DNA of 32,000 bases from Moraxella nasovis (GCF_022701215.1 NZ_CP089976.1:1620001-1652000); one strand, 5' to 3'; positions 8,739 to 18,364 are shown, numbered from the stretch's first letter. Made by a program: numbers and translations. Notes: generated by a model not told the origin, from the sequence alone.

Positions 8739-9776
8739 ATGACATCTCTTAGTTATAAAGACGCAGGCGTAGATATTGACGCAGGTGAAGCTCTTGTTTC
8801 TCGTATCAAATCGGTCGCCAAAGCCACCGCACGCTCTGAAGTGGTGGGCGGATTAGGCGGGTTTGGGGCATTATGTCGCATTCCACAAGGTTATAAATCA
8901 CCTTTGCTTGTATCAGGCACTGACGGTGTTGGCACAAAACTTAAACTTGCTCTTGACCTAAATCGTCATGACACCATTGGTCAAGATTTAGTGGCGATGT
9001 GTGTTAATGATTTGCTTGTATGCGGAGCAGAGCCTTTATTCTTTTTAGACTATTACGCCACAGGTAAGCTTGACGTAGATACTGCCGAAGCGGTTATTCG
9101 TGGCATTGGCGAAGGGTGTAAACTCTCAAATTGTGCCTTAATCGGTGGTGAAACTGCCGAAATGCCGGGTATGTATCAGGCTGAAGATTATGATTTGGCA
9201 GGTTTTTGTGTAGGCGTGGTGGAAGAAAGTGAAGTTATTACAGGGCAAAACGTGCAAGCAGGTGATGTGCTAATTGCTTTGGCAAGTTCTGGCGTGCATT
9301 CAAACGGTTACTCGCTTGTGCGAAAAGTCATTGAAGTTACTCAAACGAACGTTGCCAACACTACTCTTGATAATGGTGAAAATCTAGCAGATGCTTTAAT
9401 GAAGCCCACACGCATTTATGTCAAATCGGTCAACGCCTTGCAAAAACAGCTTGGTAATACCAACATTCACGCTATGGCACACATTACAGGCGGCGGTTTA
9501 ACCGAAAACCTGCCACGAGTGCTGCCTGATGACTTATCAGCAAGCATTGATTTGACTTCATGGGATATGCCAAGCGTGTTTAAATGGCTACAAAGGGGCG
9601 GTAATATCGCGGAATCTGAGATGGTACGTACCTTTAACTGTGGCGTAGGTTTTGTGATTGTACTGCCGCAGGATAAGGCTCAAACTGCCTTAGACTTCCT
9701 AAAAGAACAAGGCGAAACTGCTTGGCAAATCGGTAGCATTGTTAAAAGAGAAAATCAAGCGGTGGTTTATTGCTAA
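8739..9776 (+). CDS. purM: phosphoribosylformylglycinamidine cyclo-ligase (AIR synthetase)
   Basis: [16 protein letters not shown]..., [10 protein letters not shown] and GGETAEMPG are canonical PurM motifs. Confidence 0.97.
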   Translation: MTSLSYKDAGVDIDAGEALVSRIKSVAKATARSEVVGGLGGFGALCRIPQGYKSPLLVSGTDGVGTKLKLALDLNRHDTIGQDLVAMCVNDLLVCGAEPLFFLDYYATGKLDVDTAEAVIRGIGEGCKLSNCALIGGETAEMPGMYQAEDYDLAGFCVGVVEESEVITGQNVQAGDVLIALASSGVHSNGYSLVRKVIEVTQTNVANTTLDNGENLADALMKPTRIYVKSVNALQKQLGNTNIHAMAHITGGGLTENLPRVLPDDLSASIDLTSWDMPSVFKWLQRGGNIAESEMVRTFNCGVGFVIVLPQDKAQTALDFLKEQGETAWQIGSIVKRENQAVVYC

Positions 9777-10244
9777 GTGATTGCGATCAGTGGCAAAATT
9801 ATGTAAATGTAACGACTTAAATTTGCCAGCGTAAGCTTTTTGGCAAATTTTGCCAACGCTTGCCAAATTAAGCATGGAATAAAAGTTTTTATCATACATT
9901 TTTTAGTGATTTGCAAACTAAAAGCTGCAAAACAAAAAAACAAGAGTGATTTGTTTTGAAATACCGCCCTTAGTGCCATAAAAGTATCATGACAATATTT
10001 ATGATTTTGATGAGCATTTGGGCGATGGTTTTTGATTTGAAAAAATGAGATTTTGTATAAATGCTAAAAAGTGATATGGCTGGCTATTTGCTGGGCGTGC
10101 TTATGATAAATTTGAAGTAGTTAAGATTTACCCATAAAGATTTTTGACCGTTTGCTTATCTTGCAAGCCTAAAACTTAACCCTTTTAACTATTAATGGAT
10201 ATATCGTTAAATATCTCATTAATTTTACTAACGAAAGCAAGAAA

Positions 10245-10916
10245 ATGATGCAAAAAAATCCCCTAAAAATTGCCGTTCTCGTCTCAGGCAGTGGTAGCAA
10301 TCTGCAAGTCTTAATTGACAAGCAATTAAGCCAAGACTTAAACATTGATATTGTCGGTGTGATTAGTAACCGTGCGGACGCATTTGCCTTAGAACGTGCC
10401 AAAAAATCAGGTATAAACACCGCTGTCATTGATAAAGATGATAATGGTAAAAAATACACTCGTGTTGGCTTTGAGCAAAAGGCGTTAGACGTACTACAGG
10501 CATGGCAACCTGATTTGGTGGTATTGGCAGGGTTTATGCGAATTTTAACACCTTTGTTTATTGATGGCGTGAATGATAAATTAAATGTTCCAATGATAAA
10601 TCTACACCCATCATTATTGCCTAATTATAAGGGGCTTGACACTCATGAGCGAGTGCTAAAAACAGGCGATAAGCAGCATGGGTGTAGCGTGCATTTGGTA
10701 ACGAGTGAGCTTGATGCAGGGCAAGTGCTGACCCAAGCGGTGCTTGATGTGGCGGTAGGTGATACGTCTGATAGTTTAGCTCAGCGGGTACATACGCTTG
10801 AGCATCAGTTATTACCATTTACCATTCATCTGATTGAACAAAATATCTTTGATCTAAAAAATCTTGACCATGCACATCAGCTTATGGCTTTGCCTTATCG
10901 CTTTTACCCCAACTAA
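10245..10916 (+). CDS. purN: phosphoribosylglycinamide formyltransferase
   Basis: IAVLVSGSGSNLQ, NLHPSLLP.YKG and HGCSVH.V...LDAG are canonical PurN motifs. The ATG at 10248 is an alternative start. Confidence 0.95.
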   Translation: MMQKNPLKIAVLVSGSGSNLQVLIDKQLSQDLNIDIVGVISNRADAFALERAKKSGINTAVIDKDDNGKKYTRVGFEQKALDVLQAWQPDLVVLAGFMRILTPLFIDGVNDKLNVPMINLHPSLLPNYKGLDTHERVLKTGDKQHGCSVHLVTSELDAGQVLTQAVLDVAVGDTSDSLAQRVHTLEHQLLPFTIHLIEQNIFDLKNLDHAHQLMALPYRFYPN

Positions 10917-10920
10917 TAAT

Positions 10921-10950
10921 AAAAGCCAATGTAAACGCACATTGGCTTTT
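10921..10950. terminator. bidirectional rho-independent terminator between purN (+) and fdx (-)
   Basis: A perfect 12-bp stem, AAAAGCCAATGT (10921-10932) with ACATTGGCTTTT (10939-10950), and a 6-nt loop. A and T runs are present on both sides. Confidence 0.7.
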
Positions 10951-10968
10951 ATGTAATAGGGCGAAAAA

Positions 10969-11307
10969 TCAGTGATTTTCTTTAGCGTGGTTTAGGGTGT
11001 ATTTTGGAATTTCAATGGTTAAATCATCGTTTGCAATAATACATTGGCACGACAAGCGAGAATCTGGCTCAAGCCCCCAAGCACGGTCAAGTAAATCGCC
11101 TTCAATATCATCCATCTCTTCTAGGCTATCAAAGCCTTTACGAACGATGACATGGCAAGTTGTGCAGGCTTTTGACATATCGCAAGCGTGTTCAATTTTA
11201 ATGCCACGCTCTAATAAGCCTTCGCAAAGATTTTCACCTTCGTTTAGTTCAAGGGTTGCTCCATTTGGGCAAATCTCATGATGGGGTAGTAGGGTAACTT
11301 TTGGCAT
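10969..11307 (-). CDS. fdx: ISC system 2Fe-2S ferredoxin
   Basis: 112-aa ORF with the Cys ligand pattern C..ACTTCH ... SRLSCQ. It is the last gene of the isc operon. Confidence 0.95.
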   Translation of the reverse strand: MPKVTLLPHHEICPNGATLELNEGENLCEGLLERGIKIEHACDMSKACTTCHVIVRKGFDSLEEMDDIEGDLLDRAWGLEPDSRLSCQCIIANDDLTIEIPKYTLNHAKENH

Positions 11308-11339
11308 GATAATTCCTATGTTGGCGTTTGGCTATTAGG

Positions 11340-13268
11340 TTATTTTGTCCAGTCGGCGGTAGTTGTTCCAGTCATGCTGGTATGGACCGCTTGATTCATA
11401 ATTAGACTAGCAAATGCGTCGCTATGAATTTTCAGTGACTTTTCAGCATCTTTAAGAGCAGATTTGTCATTGTTATCAATCGCTTGTTGCACAGCGTTGA
11501 TGCTTATCTTTAAGTTGTTTTGCTGATCATCATCTAACAGATGAGAAAACTCAAGCAAAGCGGACTCAATGGCGAGCAGCTCTCTTTGAGCTTCTACTTT
11601 CGCTTCTATAAGGCTGCGATTCTCTTTATCTGTTTTGGCGTAATCAAACCCTGCTTGTAGTAGCTTTTCTTGTTCGCTTTCTGACAGCCCATAAGATGGC
11701 TTAACTAAAATTTCGCTTTGCTTTTTTGTGGTCAGTTCTTGGGCACTAACCGTTAATTGACCATCTGCATCAATGGCAAAAGTCACTTCAATACGTGCAA
11801 TACCTGCTTTCATGGCAGGAATATCAGTCAGTTTGAACTGCCCAAGAGAGCGATTATCCGCCACTGTATCGCGCTCTCCTTGCACCACATGGATGATCAT
11901 GGCGTTTTGGTAGTCTTGATAGGTGGTAAACACCTGCTTACGCTTGACAGGGATGGGGGTGTTACGAGGAATAATAATCTCGGTCAGTCCGCCCATTGTC
12001 TCAAGGCCAAGAGATAAAGGGGTGACATCAAGCAGTAAAACGCCATTGGTTTGTTCGTTAATTAGCTGATCGGCGTATAGACTTGCCCCAAGTGCTACTA
12101 CTTCATCTGGATTGATGCGACATAGTGGCTTTTTGTGAAATGCGTTTTCTACCACTGATTGAATTGTTGGCATGCGTGTTGAACCACCAACCAAAATTAC
12201 ATCATTTAGCTGGCTTTTATCAATATTTGCATCTCTTAAGACTTGCTCGCAGGCGGCTAAAGTTCTGTCGGTAACGGGTTTGATAATCTCACCAAGCTTT
12301 ATACCGTCTAGCGATACTTGGTAGTCTTGTTGATTAATCTGAAAGTTTACGGTTATCGCATCGTCTGTTGTCAGCTGCTGTTTGGCTTGTTTGGCGATGA
12401 GATTGATGGCTTGTTTTTGGTGGTTATCTACAGTTTTAGGATCAACGCCTACAGACTTAATTAAGAAATGAGCAATGAGGCGATCAATGTCATCACCACC
12501 TAAAGCACTATTTCCTCCTGTTGCAAGCACCTCATAAACACCGTGATTTAGCTTAAGTAAAGACACATCAAAAGTGCCGCCGCCTAAGTCATAAATTAAA
12601 TGGTAGGCACTTTTTTCGTCCTTATCAAGACCGTACGCCATCGCTGCAGCTGTCGGTTCATTTAAAAGGCGGATAACATTTAGCCCAATCATGGTGGCAC
12701 AGTCTTTGGTGGCTTGGCGTTGGGCTTCGTCAAAATAAGCTGGCACTGTAATGACCGCTCCTGCGATACTGTCGGCAGGCAAAGCACTTTTGGCACGTTC
12801 GTACAGATGGTGTAAGATGATAGATGAAATTTCCACAGGGTTTTTATTGCCTTGTGGCGTGACGATACTTGGCATGTATTCGCCATTATCTATTAGCTCA
12901 TAAGGGTGATTAAACTTAATATCAGCAAGGCTTCTTCCCATAAAGCGTTTTACTGAGCGTATGGTATGCTGGGGATCGCTATCTGCCATCTTCTCGGCAG
13001 GCGAACCTACAAGCGTAATATCATTGCCTTGATTATCTTTGCCAAAATATACGACCGATGGCAGTAGTTTTTGGCAATCAGCCCCAAGCTTGGCAGTATT
13101 TGCTTCACCCGATTGGCATTCGCTTGCTTTATCACCGATGACCTGTGGCTTGCTTGAGCGAACGACTGCCACAAGCGAGCGAGTTGTGCCTAGATCAATA
13201 CCAAGTGCATAGCGATGAGTGTGGGGTTTTTTGCTTTGATTGGGTTCAGCGATTTGTAATAACGACAT
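11340..13268 (-). CDS. hscA: Fe-S cluster assembly chaperone HscA (Hsp70 family)
   Basis: MSLLQIAEP..., GIDLGTT.SLVA, DLGGGTFD and LVGGSTRMP are Hsp70/HscA motifs. I prefer the ATG at 13266-13268; the ORF-track start at 13280 is a TTG four codons upstream. Confidence 0.95.
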   Translation of the reverse strand: MSLLQIAEPNQSKKPHTHRYALGIDLGTTRSLVAVVRSSKPQVIGDKASECQSGEANTAKLGADCQKLLPSVVYFGKDNQGNDITLVGSPAEKMADSDPQHTIRSVKRFMGRSLADIKFNHPYELIDNGEYMPSIVTPQGNKNPVEISSIILHHLYERAKSALPADSIAGAVITVPAYFDEAQRQATKDCATMIGLNVIRLLNEPTAAAMAYGLDKDEKSAYHLIYDLGGGTFDVSLLKLNHGVYEVLATGGNSALGGDDIDRLIAHFLIKSVGVDPKTVDNHQKQAINLIAKQAKQQLTTDDAITVNFQINQQDYQVSLDGIKLGEIIKPVTDRTLAACEQVLRDANIDKSQLNDVILVGGSTRMPTIQSVVENAFHKKPLCRINPDEVVALGASLYADQLINEQTNGVLLLDVTPLSLGLETMGGLTEIIIPRNTPIPVKRKQVFTTYQDYQNAMIIHVVQGERDTVADNRSLGQFKLTDIPAMKAGIARIEVTFAIDADGQLTVSAQELTTKKQSEILVKPSYGLSESEQEKLLQAGFDYAKTDKENRSLIEAKVEAQRELLAIESALLEFSHLLDDDQQNNLKISINAVQQAIDNNDKSALKDAEKSLKIHSDAFASLIMNQAVHTSMTGTTTADWTK

Positions 13269-13362
13269 ATTTTTTGCCAAGATAAGAATGATAAATCAAA
13301 TTAATGTAATGGTTATGGTGTAATGATAGATAAGGTTAAAATTATATCACGCATCAATAAGG

Positions 13363-13881
13363 TTAGACATATAAATCATCGTCATCAAAGACAGTTGCAA
13401 GCTTATCGTATTGCTTACTGAGATCTTTATCAATTTTCACCAAAAATTTTAGTTTTTGGGCGATAAGGATACAAGTTTCCCATTGCTGATTGTTATAAGC
13501 TTGATGAAACTTTTGACCAAGCTTATCAAGCCATTCATCTAAGCGTGCCTTTAGAGTGGGCAGTTGCTCATTAGTTGCTTCATCAAGCTCGGTACGAAAA
13601 TCCATGGCAAGCTCTAAAAAGTCTAAGTCTGTAATGGAGTTTTGTAGTTGGTCTGCCTGATCGACAAGCTCAAGTAAATGGCTGGCACGACTATCGGCAT
13701 AGTTTAGGGTATTATAGGCGATGTTAATAACAGCAGACTGTTGATCGGCATTTTGTTTGGTAGTTTTGCTGCTGTGTGTGTCTGGATGATGCTGGCTCTG
13801 CAACTGTAAAAATTGTGCATGTAATTTTTCTTTATCAATAATAAAACTTGTCGGTAGCCCAAACACATCAAAAAAATTCAT
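13363..13881 (-). CDS. hscB: Fe-S cluster co-chaperone HscB (J-domain)
   Basis: 172-aa ORF with an N-terminal J-domain containing the HPD tripeptide (LQSQHHPD), positioned between iscA and hscA. Confidence 0.9.
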   Translation of the reverse strand: MNFFDVFGLPTSFIIDKEKLHAQFLQLQSQHHPDTHSSKTTKQNADQQSAVINIAYNTLNYADSRASHLLELVDQADQLQNSITDLDFLELAMDFRTELDEATNEQLPTLKARLDEWLDKLGQKFHQAYNNQQWETCILIAQKLKFLVKIDKDLSKQYDKLATVFDDDDLYV

Positions 13882-13890
13882 AACAATGCC

Positions 13891-14211
13891 TTATACAGTA
13901 AATGACTCACCACAACCACACTCGCCTTTTTGGTTGGGATTGGTAAATTTAAAGCCTTCGTTCAAGCCTTCTTTGACATAGTCCATTTTTAAGCCTTGCA
14001 AATACACTTTGCTTTTTGGGTCAATAAAAATGGATACGCCTTCTGACTCGTAGTGTTCATCATTGGGATCAATATCATCAACAAATTCAAGTACATACTG
14101 CAAACCAGAACAACCTGCGGTACGCACACCCACACGAATACCTTCACCGTGACCACGGTTATCTAGAAAATTACGAACGTGTGTGCCTGCACTTTTGGTC
14201 AGTTCAATCAT
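13891..14211 (-). CDS. iscA: iron-sulfur cluster assembly protein IscA
   Basis: 106-aa ORF with GCSG and a C-terminal CGCGESF motif. A GGAG RBS is present. Confidence 0.95.
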   Translation of the reverse strand: MIELTKSAGTHVRNFLDNRGHGEGIRVGVRTAGCSGLQYVLEFVDDIDPNDEHYESEGVSIFIDPKSKVYLQGLKMDYVKEGLNEGFKFTNPNQKGECGCGESFTV

Positions 14212-14483
14212 TTTTACTCCAAATTATTTTTGGCTAATAGTCTTTTGTTGATTATGTGCAATTATCAACGCATTCATTGTTATGCCCTAGTTTTTTATTA
14301 AATCAGAAACACCAATCTGACTTTAGCAGAGGGATTTTGAGTTAAAAAAATCGGCACAAACACGATTTATTATTAACGGTTGGTGCATGATATATGCACC
14401 AAATTCTTGGCTTTACTAAAATAACAATAAGCACGCTTGGCTTAAATAAAGTTAAAAAAATGATTTTGTTAATCGCTCTAACT

Positions 14484-14867
14484 TTAAGCCTTAATTTTAG
14501 CTTGGTAGTCGTTAATTGCTGCTTTAATTGCATCTTCAGCAAGTACCGAGCAATGTACCTTAACAGGGGGTAAAGCCAGCTCTTCTGCGATGTCTTTGTT
14601 TTTGATTTGGCTGGCTTCATCAAGTGTTTTGCCTTTTAGCCATTCGGTAACAAGTGAGCTTGACGCAATCGCTGAGCCGCAGCCGTAAGTTTTAAATTTA
14701 GCATCTTCGATGATGCCATTATCACCGACCTGAATTTGTAGTCGCATAACATCGCCACACGCAGGAGCGCCTACCATGCCTGTGCCGACGTTCTTAGCGT
14801 CTTTGTCAAGGTTGCCGACATTGCGGGGGTTTTCGTAATGGTCAATGACTTGGTCTGAATATGCCAT
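14484..14867 (-). CDS. iscU: Fe-S cluster assembly scaffold IscU
   Basis: MAYSDQVIDHYENPRNVG, GAPACGDVM, YGCGSAIASSS and LPPVKVHCS match canonical IscU. Confidence 0.97.
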   Translation of the reverse strand: MAYSDQVIDHYENPRNVGNLDKDAKNVGTGMVGAPACGDVMRLQIQVGDNGIIEDAKFKTYGCGSAIASSSLVTEWLKGKTLDEASQIKNKDIAEELALPPVKVHCSVLAEDAIKAAINDYQAKIKA

Positions 14868-14991
14868 GTTTTTACTCCGTTTGCTTGCGATTTTATCGCT
14901 TGCTGTTTTGTTAAATATTTTTAAATGGGTTTTAAATGTTGGGCATATAAGATATGCCCAATGTGTACTAAAATATGATTAAAAAACTAAA

Positions 14992-16209
14992 TTAATGCTC
15001 TTGCCATTGTACTTTTGATAAATCCACGCCTTCTTTAAACATATCCCACAAAGGCGATAGTTCACGCAGCTTATCTACTGCTTCATGGATTTGGGCAAGC
15101 ACGTGATTGATATCTTCTTCGGTGGTATAACGCCCAAAGCTAAAGCGAATCGATGAATGTGCCAGCTCATCAGGGCGACCGATGGCACGCAATACATAAG
15201 ATGGCTCAAGAGTTGCAGATGTACAAGCTGAGCCACTAGATACTGCCAAGTCTTTTAGACTCATCATTAAGCTTTCACCTTCTACGAAGTTAAAGCTGAC
15301 ATTTAAAATATTAGGAATGCCATCTTCAAGCGAGCCATTTAGATAGACTTCTTCGATGTCTTGTAATCCATTCCATAGCTTATCACGCAAGGCTTTAACG
15401 TGGGCATGATCTTCGTCAAAGCGTTCAACAGATAGGGCAAAAGCCTCGCCCATGCCGACGATTTGGTGAGTAGCTAGAGTACCAGAACGCATACCACGCT
15501 CATGACCACCGCCGTGTTGTTCTGCTTTTAGGCGAACACGAGGTTTACGCCCCACATATAGTGCTCCAATACCTTTAGGACCATAAATTTTATGACCACT
15601 TACGCTCATCAAGTCCACTTTTAGCTCGCTTAAGTCAATCTTGATTTTACCGACAGCTTGAGCTGCATCAACGTGGAATAAGATGCCTTTTTCGCGTAAA
15701 AACTCACCAATGGCTGCGATATCGGTTACTGTGCCAAGCTCGTTATTTACTGCCATTAGGCTGACTAAGATGGTGTCTTCACGCACTGCATCTTTGACTT
15801 GATCAAGGCTGATTTTACCCGTGCCATGTTCTGGCTCAAGATAAGTAATATCAAAGCCTTCTTGCTCAAGCTGACGACAAGTATCAAGAATGGCTTTGTG
15901 TTCAATTTGGCTTGTGATGATATGCTTGCCTTTGGTGTGATAAAAATGTGCTACGCCTTTTAGGGCAAGGTTGTCAGATTCTGTAGCACCACTGGTAAAG
16001 ACGATCTCTCTTGGGTCTGCACCTAACGTCTCAGCAATCTGCAAGCGAGCGTTTTCTACCGCTTCTTCTGCTTGCCAGCCAAAGCCATGCGATCGAGAGG
16101 CGGGATTACCAAAGATGCCATTAAAGGTCATGTACTCGACCATCTTGTCAGCCACTTCTTGGGCGATGGGCGTGGTGGCGGCGTAATCTAGATAAATAAG
16201 CTGGCTCAT
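14992..16209 (-). CDS. iscS: cysteine desulfurase IscS
   Basis: 405-aa ORF with [10 protein letters not shown], the PLP-lysine motif [10 protein letters not shown] and the active-site loop SSGSACTS. Confidence 0.97.
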   Translation of the reverse strand: MSQLIYLDYAATTPIAQEVADKMVEYMTFNGIFGNPASRSHGFGWQAEEAVENARLQIAETLGADPREIVFTSGATESDNLALKGVAHFYHTKGKHIITSQIEHKAILDTCRQLEQEGFDITYLEPEHGTGKISLDQVKDAVREDTILVSLMAVNNELGTVTDIAAIGEFLREKGILFHVDAAQAVGKIKIDLSELKVDLMSVSGHKIYGPKGIGALYVGRKPRVRLKAEQHGGGHERGMRSGTLATHQIVGMGEAFALSVERFDEDHAHVKALRDKLWNGLQDIEEVYLNGSLEDGIPNILNVSFNFVEGESLMMSLKDLAVSSGSACTSATLEPSYVLRAIGRPDELAHSSIRFSFGRYTTEEDINHVLAQIHEAVDKLRELSPLWDMFKEGVDLSKVQWQEH

Positions 16210-16214
16210 AGTGG

Positions 16215-16706
16215 CTAGGCTCCAAATAAATTTATGGTGTTAATGTTGTTGTCTTTTTTGATGCTGACACGCTCTTGGCGATCAGCGATGGTTTGGGTAT
16301 TTCTTGATTCTAATAGTTGGGCAAGTGTGACATTTTTCAAGTAAGCTTCAATATGTTCTGACAGATGACGCCAAAGATCATGCGTAAGACACATAGAGCC
16401 ATCATGACAATCGCCTTTTCCGCCACACTGCATGGCATTCACACTTTCGTCAACGGCAGTGATAATGGTCATGACATCAATTTCAGATAAAGGCTTTGCT
16501 AGATGATAGCCACCAGAAGCCCCACGAGTACTGCTAACCAATCCTTTTTTGCGTAATTTAGAAAACAGTTGCTCTAAATACGAGATAGAAATAGACTGAC
16601 GTTTGGCGATGTCAGACAGTGACACTGCACCTTGATGACGGCTTTCTTGTACCGCCAAGTCAAGCAGGGCGGTAACAGCATAGCGTCCACGTGTGGTTAA
16701 TCGCAT
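16215..16706 (-). CDS. iscR: Fe-S cluster assembly transcriptional regulator IscR (Rrf2 family)
   Basis: [18 protein letters not shown]... is the Rrf2 HTH, with the cluster-ligand region C....C.....C..H. I place the start at the ATG at 16704-16706. The 17-codon upstream extension in the ORF track would begin at the predicted transcription start. Confidence 0.93.
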   Translation of the reverse strand: MRLTTRGRYAVTALLDLAVQESRHQGAVSLSDIAKRQSISISYLEQLFSKLRKKGLVSSTRGASGGYHLAKPLSEIDVMTIITAVDESVNAMQCGGKGDCHDGSMCLTHDLWRHLSEHIEAYLKNVTLAQLLESRNTQTIADRQERVSIKKDNNINTINLFGA

Positions 16707-16763
16707 AATCGTCATCCAAAAAATTTTGTTAGTCATCGAAGGTGATGAATGTATCAATTCGAT

Positions 16764-16797
16764 ATTATAGTAATTCCTAGTAAATCAGTCAAGATTA
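16764..16797 (-). promoter_or_regulatory. isc operon promoter with an overlapping IscR type-1-like box
   Basis: On the minus strand: TTGACT (16792-16787), 17 nt, then TATAAT (16769-16764), all consensus. The 25-mer TAATCTTGACTGATTTACTAGGAAT (16797-16773) resembles the E. coli iscR site A (ATAGTTGACCAATTTACTCGGGAAT), recalled from memory. Confidence 0.5.
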
Positions 16798-16891
16798 TTT
16801 TAAGTCTTTTTTTGGTGAAATTTAAATAATCACATCCATTTTGCGGTACTTAATAAGGCAATCTTTAACAACTTGTGACAAAAATTATAAC

Positions 16892-16915
16892 AAAAAGGCG
16901 ATGATACGCCTTTTT
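16892..16915. terminator. bidirectional rho-independent terminator downstream of the SCP2-like gene
   Basis: AAAAAGGCG (16892-16900) pairs with CGCCTTTTT (16907-16915), with a 6-nt loop. Confidence 0.7.
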
Positions 16916-16964
16916 GTTGGTTGCAAATTTATTGGTTGTAAGGTGCTATTATACCAATGGAGTA

Positions 16965-17660
16965 TTAAAAAAACATGACACCACAAGTAATCGCAAGGAT
17001 TATTGCCAACACTACTACAATGACTAAGCCGATCAAAGTTGCTCGCTGTTTGTTTTGTAGTTCGACCACTTGGGTGTTAAGCCTGCGGTTGGCAGTCTCT
17101 AGAGCACTGATTTTGTCGTTTTGTTCGCTTATGGTGTTCTTGTATTCTGTTAATTTATCAGTTTTGCTTTCGGTGGCAGTTTCGCTATCATCTTTAGACT
17201 TACCAGTGAATTTTGATAAGATATTATGAACCACACCACCTAAGCCAAGCTGTACTAAGAATGCTTTTAGATTGTCAACATCTTCAGCCTCTCCACGAAT
17301 CTGTAAAGCTTCAACACTATCTTCAGAGTGATTTAGCAGTGCATTGATGATTTGAAAGCTGTAAGCATTAATAGTGATATCAGCAGCAGTGCGACCAGCT
17401 GGCAATTCATTGTCTAATAAAATACCACGGTAGCCGAACGTCGCATAAACTTGGGTATGTGGCAAATAGGTACGAATGCAGACAACTTTATCTGCCTGTG
17501 CCAGCGGATAGGCGAAACGACGCAATTTTGGGTCAAAGCGTAATACCAGTGTTAAAGCCGATTCGATAAACACCAATAAAACGTTCAAAATGCCACGGGA
17601 TAACGTGTTATTCTGATTTGGTATATCATTTGGCTGTTCGTTTGGTGATAATCGTGTCAT
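16965..17660 (-). CDS. hypothetical tail-anchored protein; the N-terminal domain is SCP2/UbiJ-like (tentative), followed by a coiled coil and a C-terminal TM helix
   Basis: 231-aa ORF. The segment ...FDPKLRRFAYPL..KVVCIRTYLP....ATF......L........ADITINAYSF.....L....DSVEALQIRGEAEDV..LK.FL resembles SCP2-domain lipid-binding proteins. The C-terminus is heptad-rich (KLTEYKNTISEQNDKISALETANRRLNTQVVELQNKQ) and ends in the hydrophobic anchor LIGLVIVVVLAIILAITCGVMFF. Confidence 0.5.
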   Translation of the reverse strand: MTRLSPNEQPNDIPNQNNTLSRGILNVLLVFIESALTLVLRFDPKLRRFAYPLAQADKVVCIRTYLPHTQVYATFGYRGILLDNELPAGRTAADITINAYSFQIINALLNHSEDSVEALQIRGEAEDVDNLKAFLVQLGLGGVVHNILSKFTGKSKDDSETATESKTDKLTEYKNTISEQNDKISALETANRRLNTQVVELQNKQRATLIGLVIVVVLAIILAITCGVMFF

Positions 17661-17843
17661 TGTAAATTCCTAAAATGTTGTTAGGGTGAAATTGTAACGC
17701 AAATTAGCACAAAAAACAAAAGACTTTCAAGGGGGTTGCTACATTTTTCATGAATAATTGGTAATTTTTCGTGAATGCCTGTTAGATTTGAGTAAGAAAA
17801 CAGCATTTTTTGAAAAAATTATGTATTTTTTTTGATTTTATGC

Positions 17844-17872
17844 TTGCCAAAGTATGGCGATAACCTTAAAAT
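17844..17872 (+). promoter_or_regulatory. sigma70-type promoter upstream of hupB
   Basis: TTGCCA (17844-17849), 17 nt, then TAAAAT (17867-17872), about 64 nt upstream of the ATG. Confidence 0.45.
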
Positions 17873-17935
17873 GTACAACACACGGGCGTATTAGCCTAGA
17901 GTTTTATACATTTTTTAAACCACTGAGGATTTATC

Positions 17936-18211
17936 ATGAATAAGTCAGAATTAATCGATAGTATCAAGGCTGAAACAGGTCTAAGCAAAGACGACGCTAC
18001 AAAAGCGGTTAATGCATTCATTTCAAGCGTGCAAGGTGCCCTAGAGCGTGGCGACGATGTTGTGCTAGTTGGTTTTGGTACTTTTAGTGTAAAAGAGCGT
18101 GCTGCTCGCACTGGTCGTAACCCACAAACTGGCGAAACCCTGGAAATCGCTGCAAGCAAAGTGCCAGGCTTTAGAGCGGGTAAAGGTCTAAAAGACGCAG
18201 TAAATAAGTAA
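17936..18211 (+). CDS. hupB: nucleoid-associated DNA-binding protein HU
   Basis: MNKSELID.I......SK.DA..AV.AF...V...[25 protein letters not shown]...I......P.F.AGK.LKD.VN is the canonical HU sequence. Confidence 0.95.
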   Translation: MNKSELIDSIKAETGLSKDDATKAVNAFISSVQGALERGDDVVLVGFGTFSVKERAARTGRNPQTGETLEIAASKVPGFRAGKGLKDAVNK

Positions 18212-18226
18212 TTTTTATTTACCATC

Positions 18227-18258
18227 AAAACACCATTTGTTTAAATGGTGTTTTTTTT
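18227..18258 (+). terminator. rho-independent terminator after hupB
   Basis: AAAACACCATTT (18227-18238) pairs with AAATGGTGTTTT (18243-18254), with loop GTTT, followed by a T8 run. Confidence 0.75.
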
Positions 18259-18364
18259 GACTCAGTTTTGACAGATATTGCTTGGTAGATAAAAATCTTT
18301 GAGAAAATTTAAAAACTAGCGTATGATATAAGGTTTGTAATAAAGATAAAAGAAGTGAAATCTT

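Noticed and set aside
9699-9979. Two minus-strand ORFs (66 and 68 aa) in the purM-purN spacer
   Set aside because: They are AT-rich, low-complexity, mutually overlapping ORFs with no RBS or recognisable motif. I treat the spacer as non-coding.
11757-12017. Antisense or alternative-frame ORFs inside hscA, lctP (22179-22553), pyrC (24588-25180), ppiD and argG
   Set aside because: All are embedded in strongly supported conserved genes on the opposite strand or in another frame, which is typical background for genes of this size.
14342-14623. 93-aa minus-strand ORF spanning the iscU 3' end and the iscU-iscA spacer
   Set aside because: It is out of frame with, and overlaps, the conserved iscU C-terminus. 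It is Lys/Leu/Thr-rich low complexity from AT-rich DNA and shows no family resemblance.
16707-16757. 17-codon N-terminal extension of iscR (MIHSSPSMTNKIFWMTI)
   Set aside because: The consensus promoter at 16764-16792 would start transcription at about the same position, and Rrf2 proteins begin with MRLT.(K/R)G.YA.
17896-18228. 110-aa minus-strand ORF overlapping hupB
   Set aside because: It is completely antisense to a canonical HU gene, and its composition is an artefact of the opposite strand.
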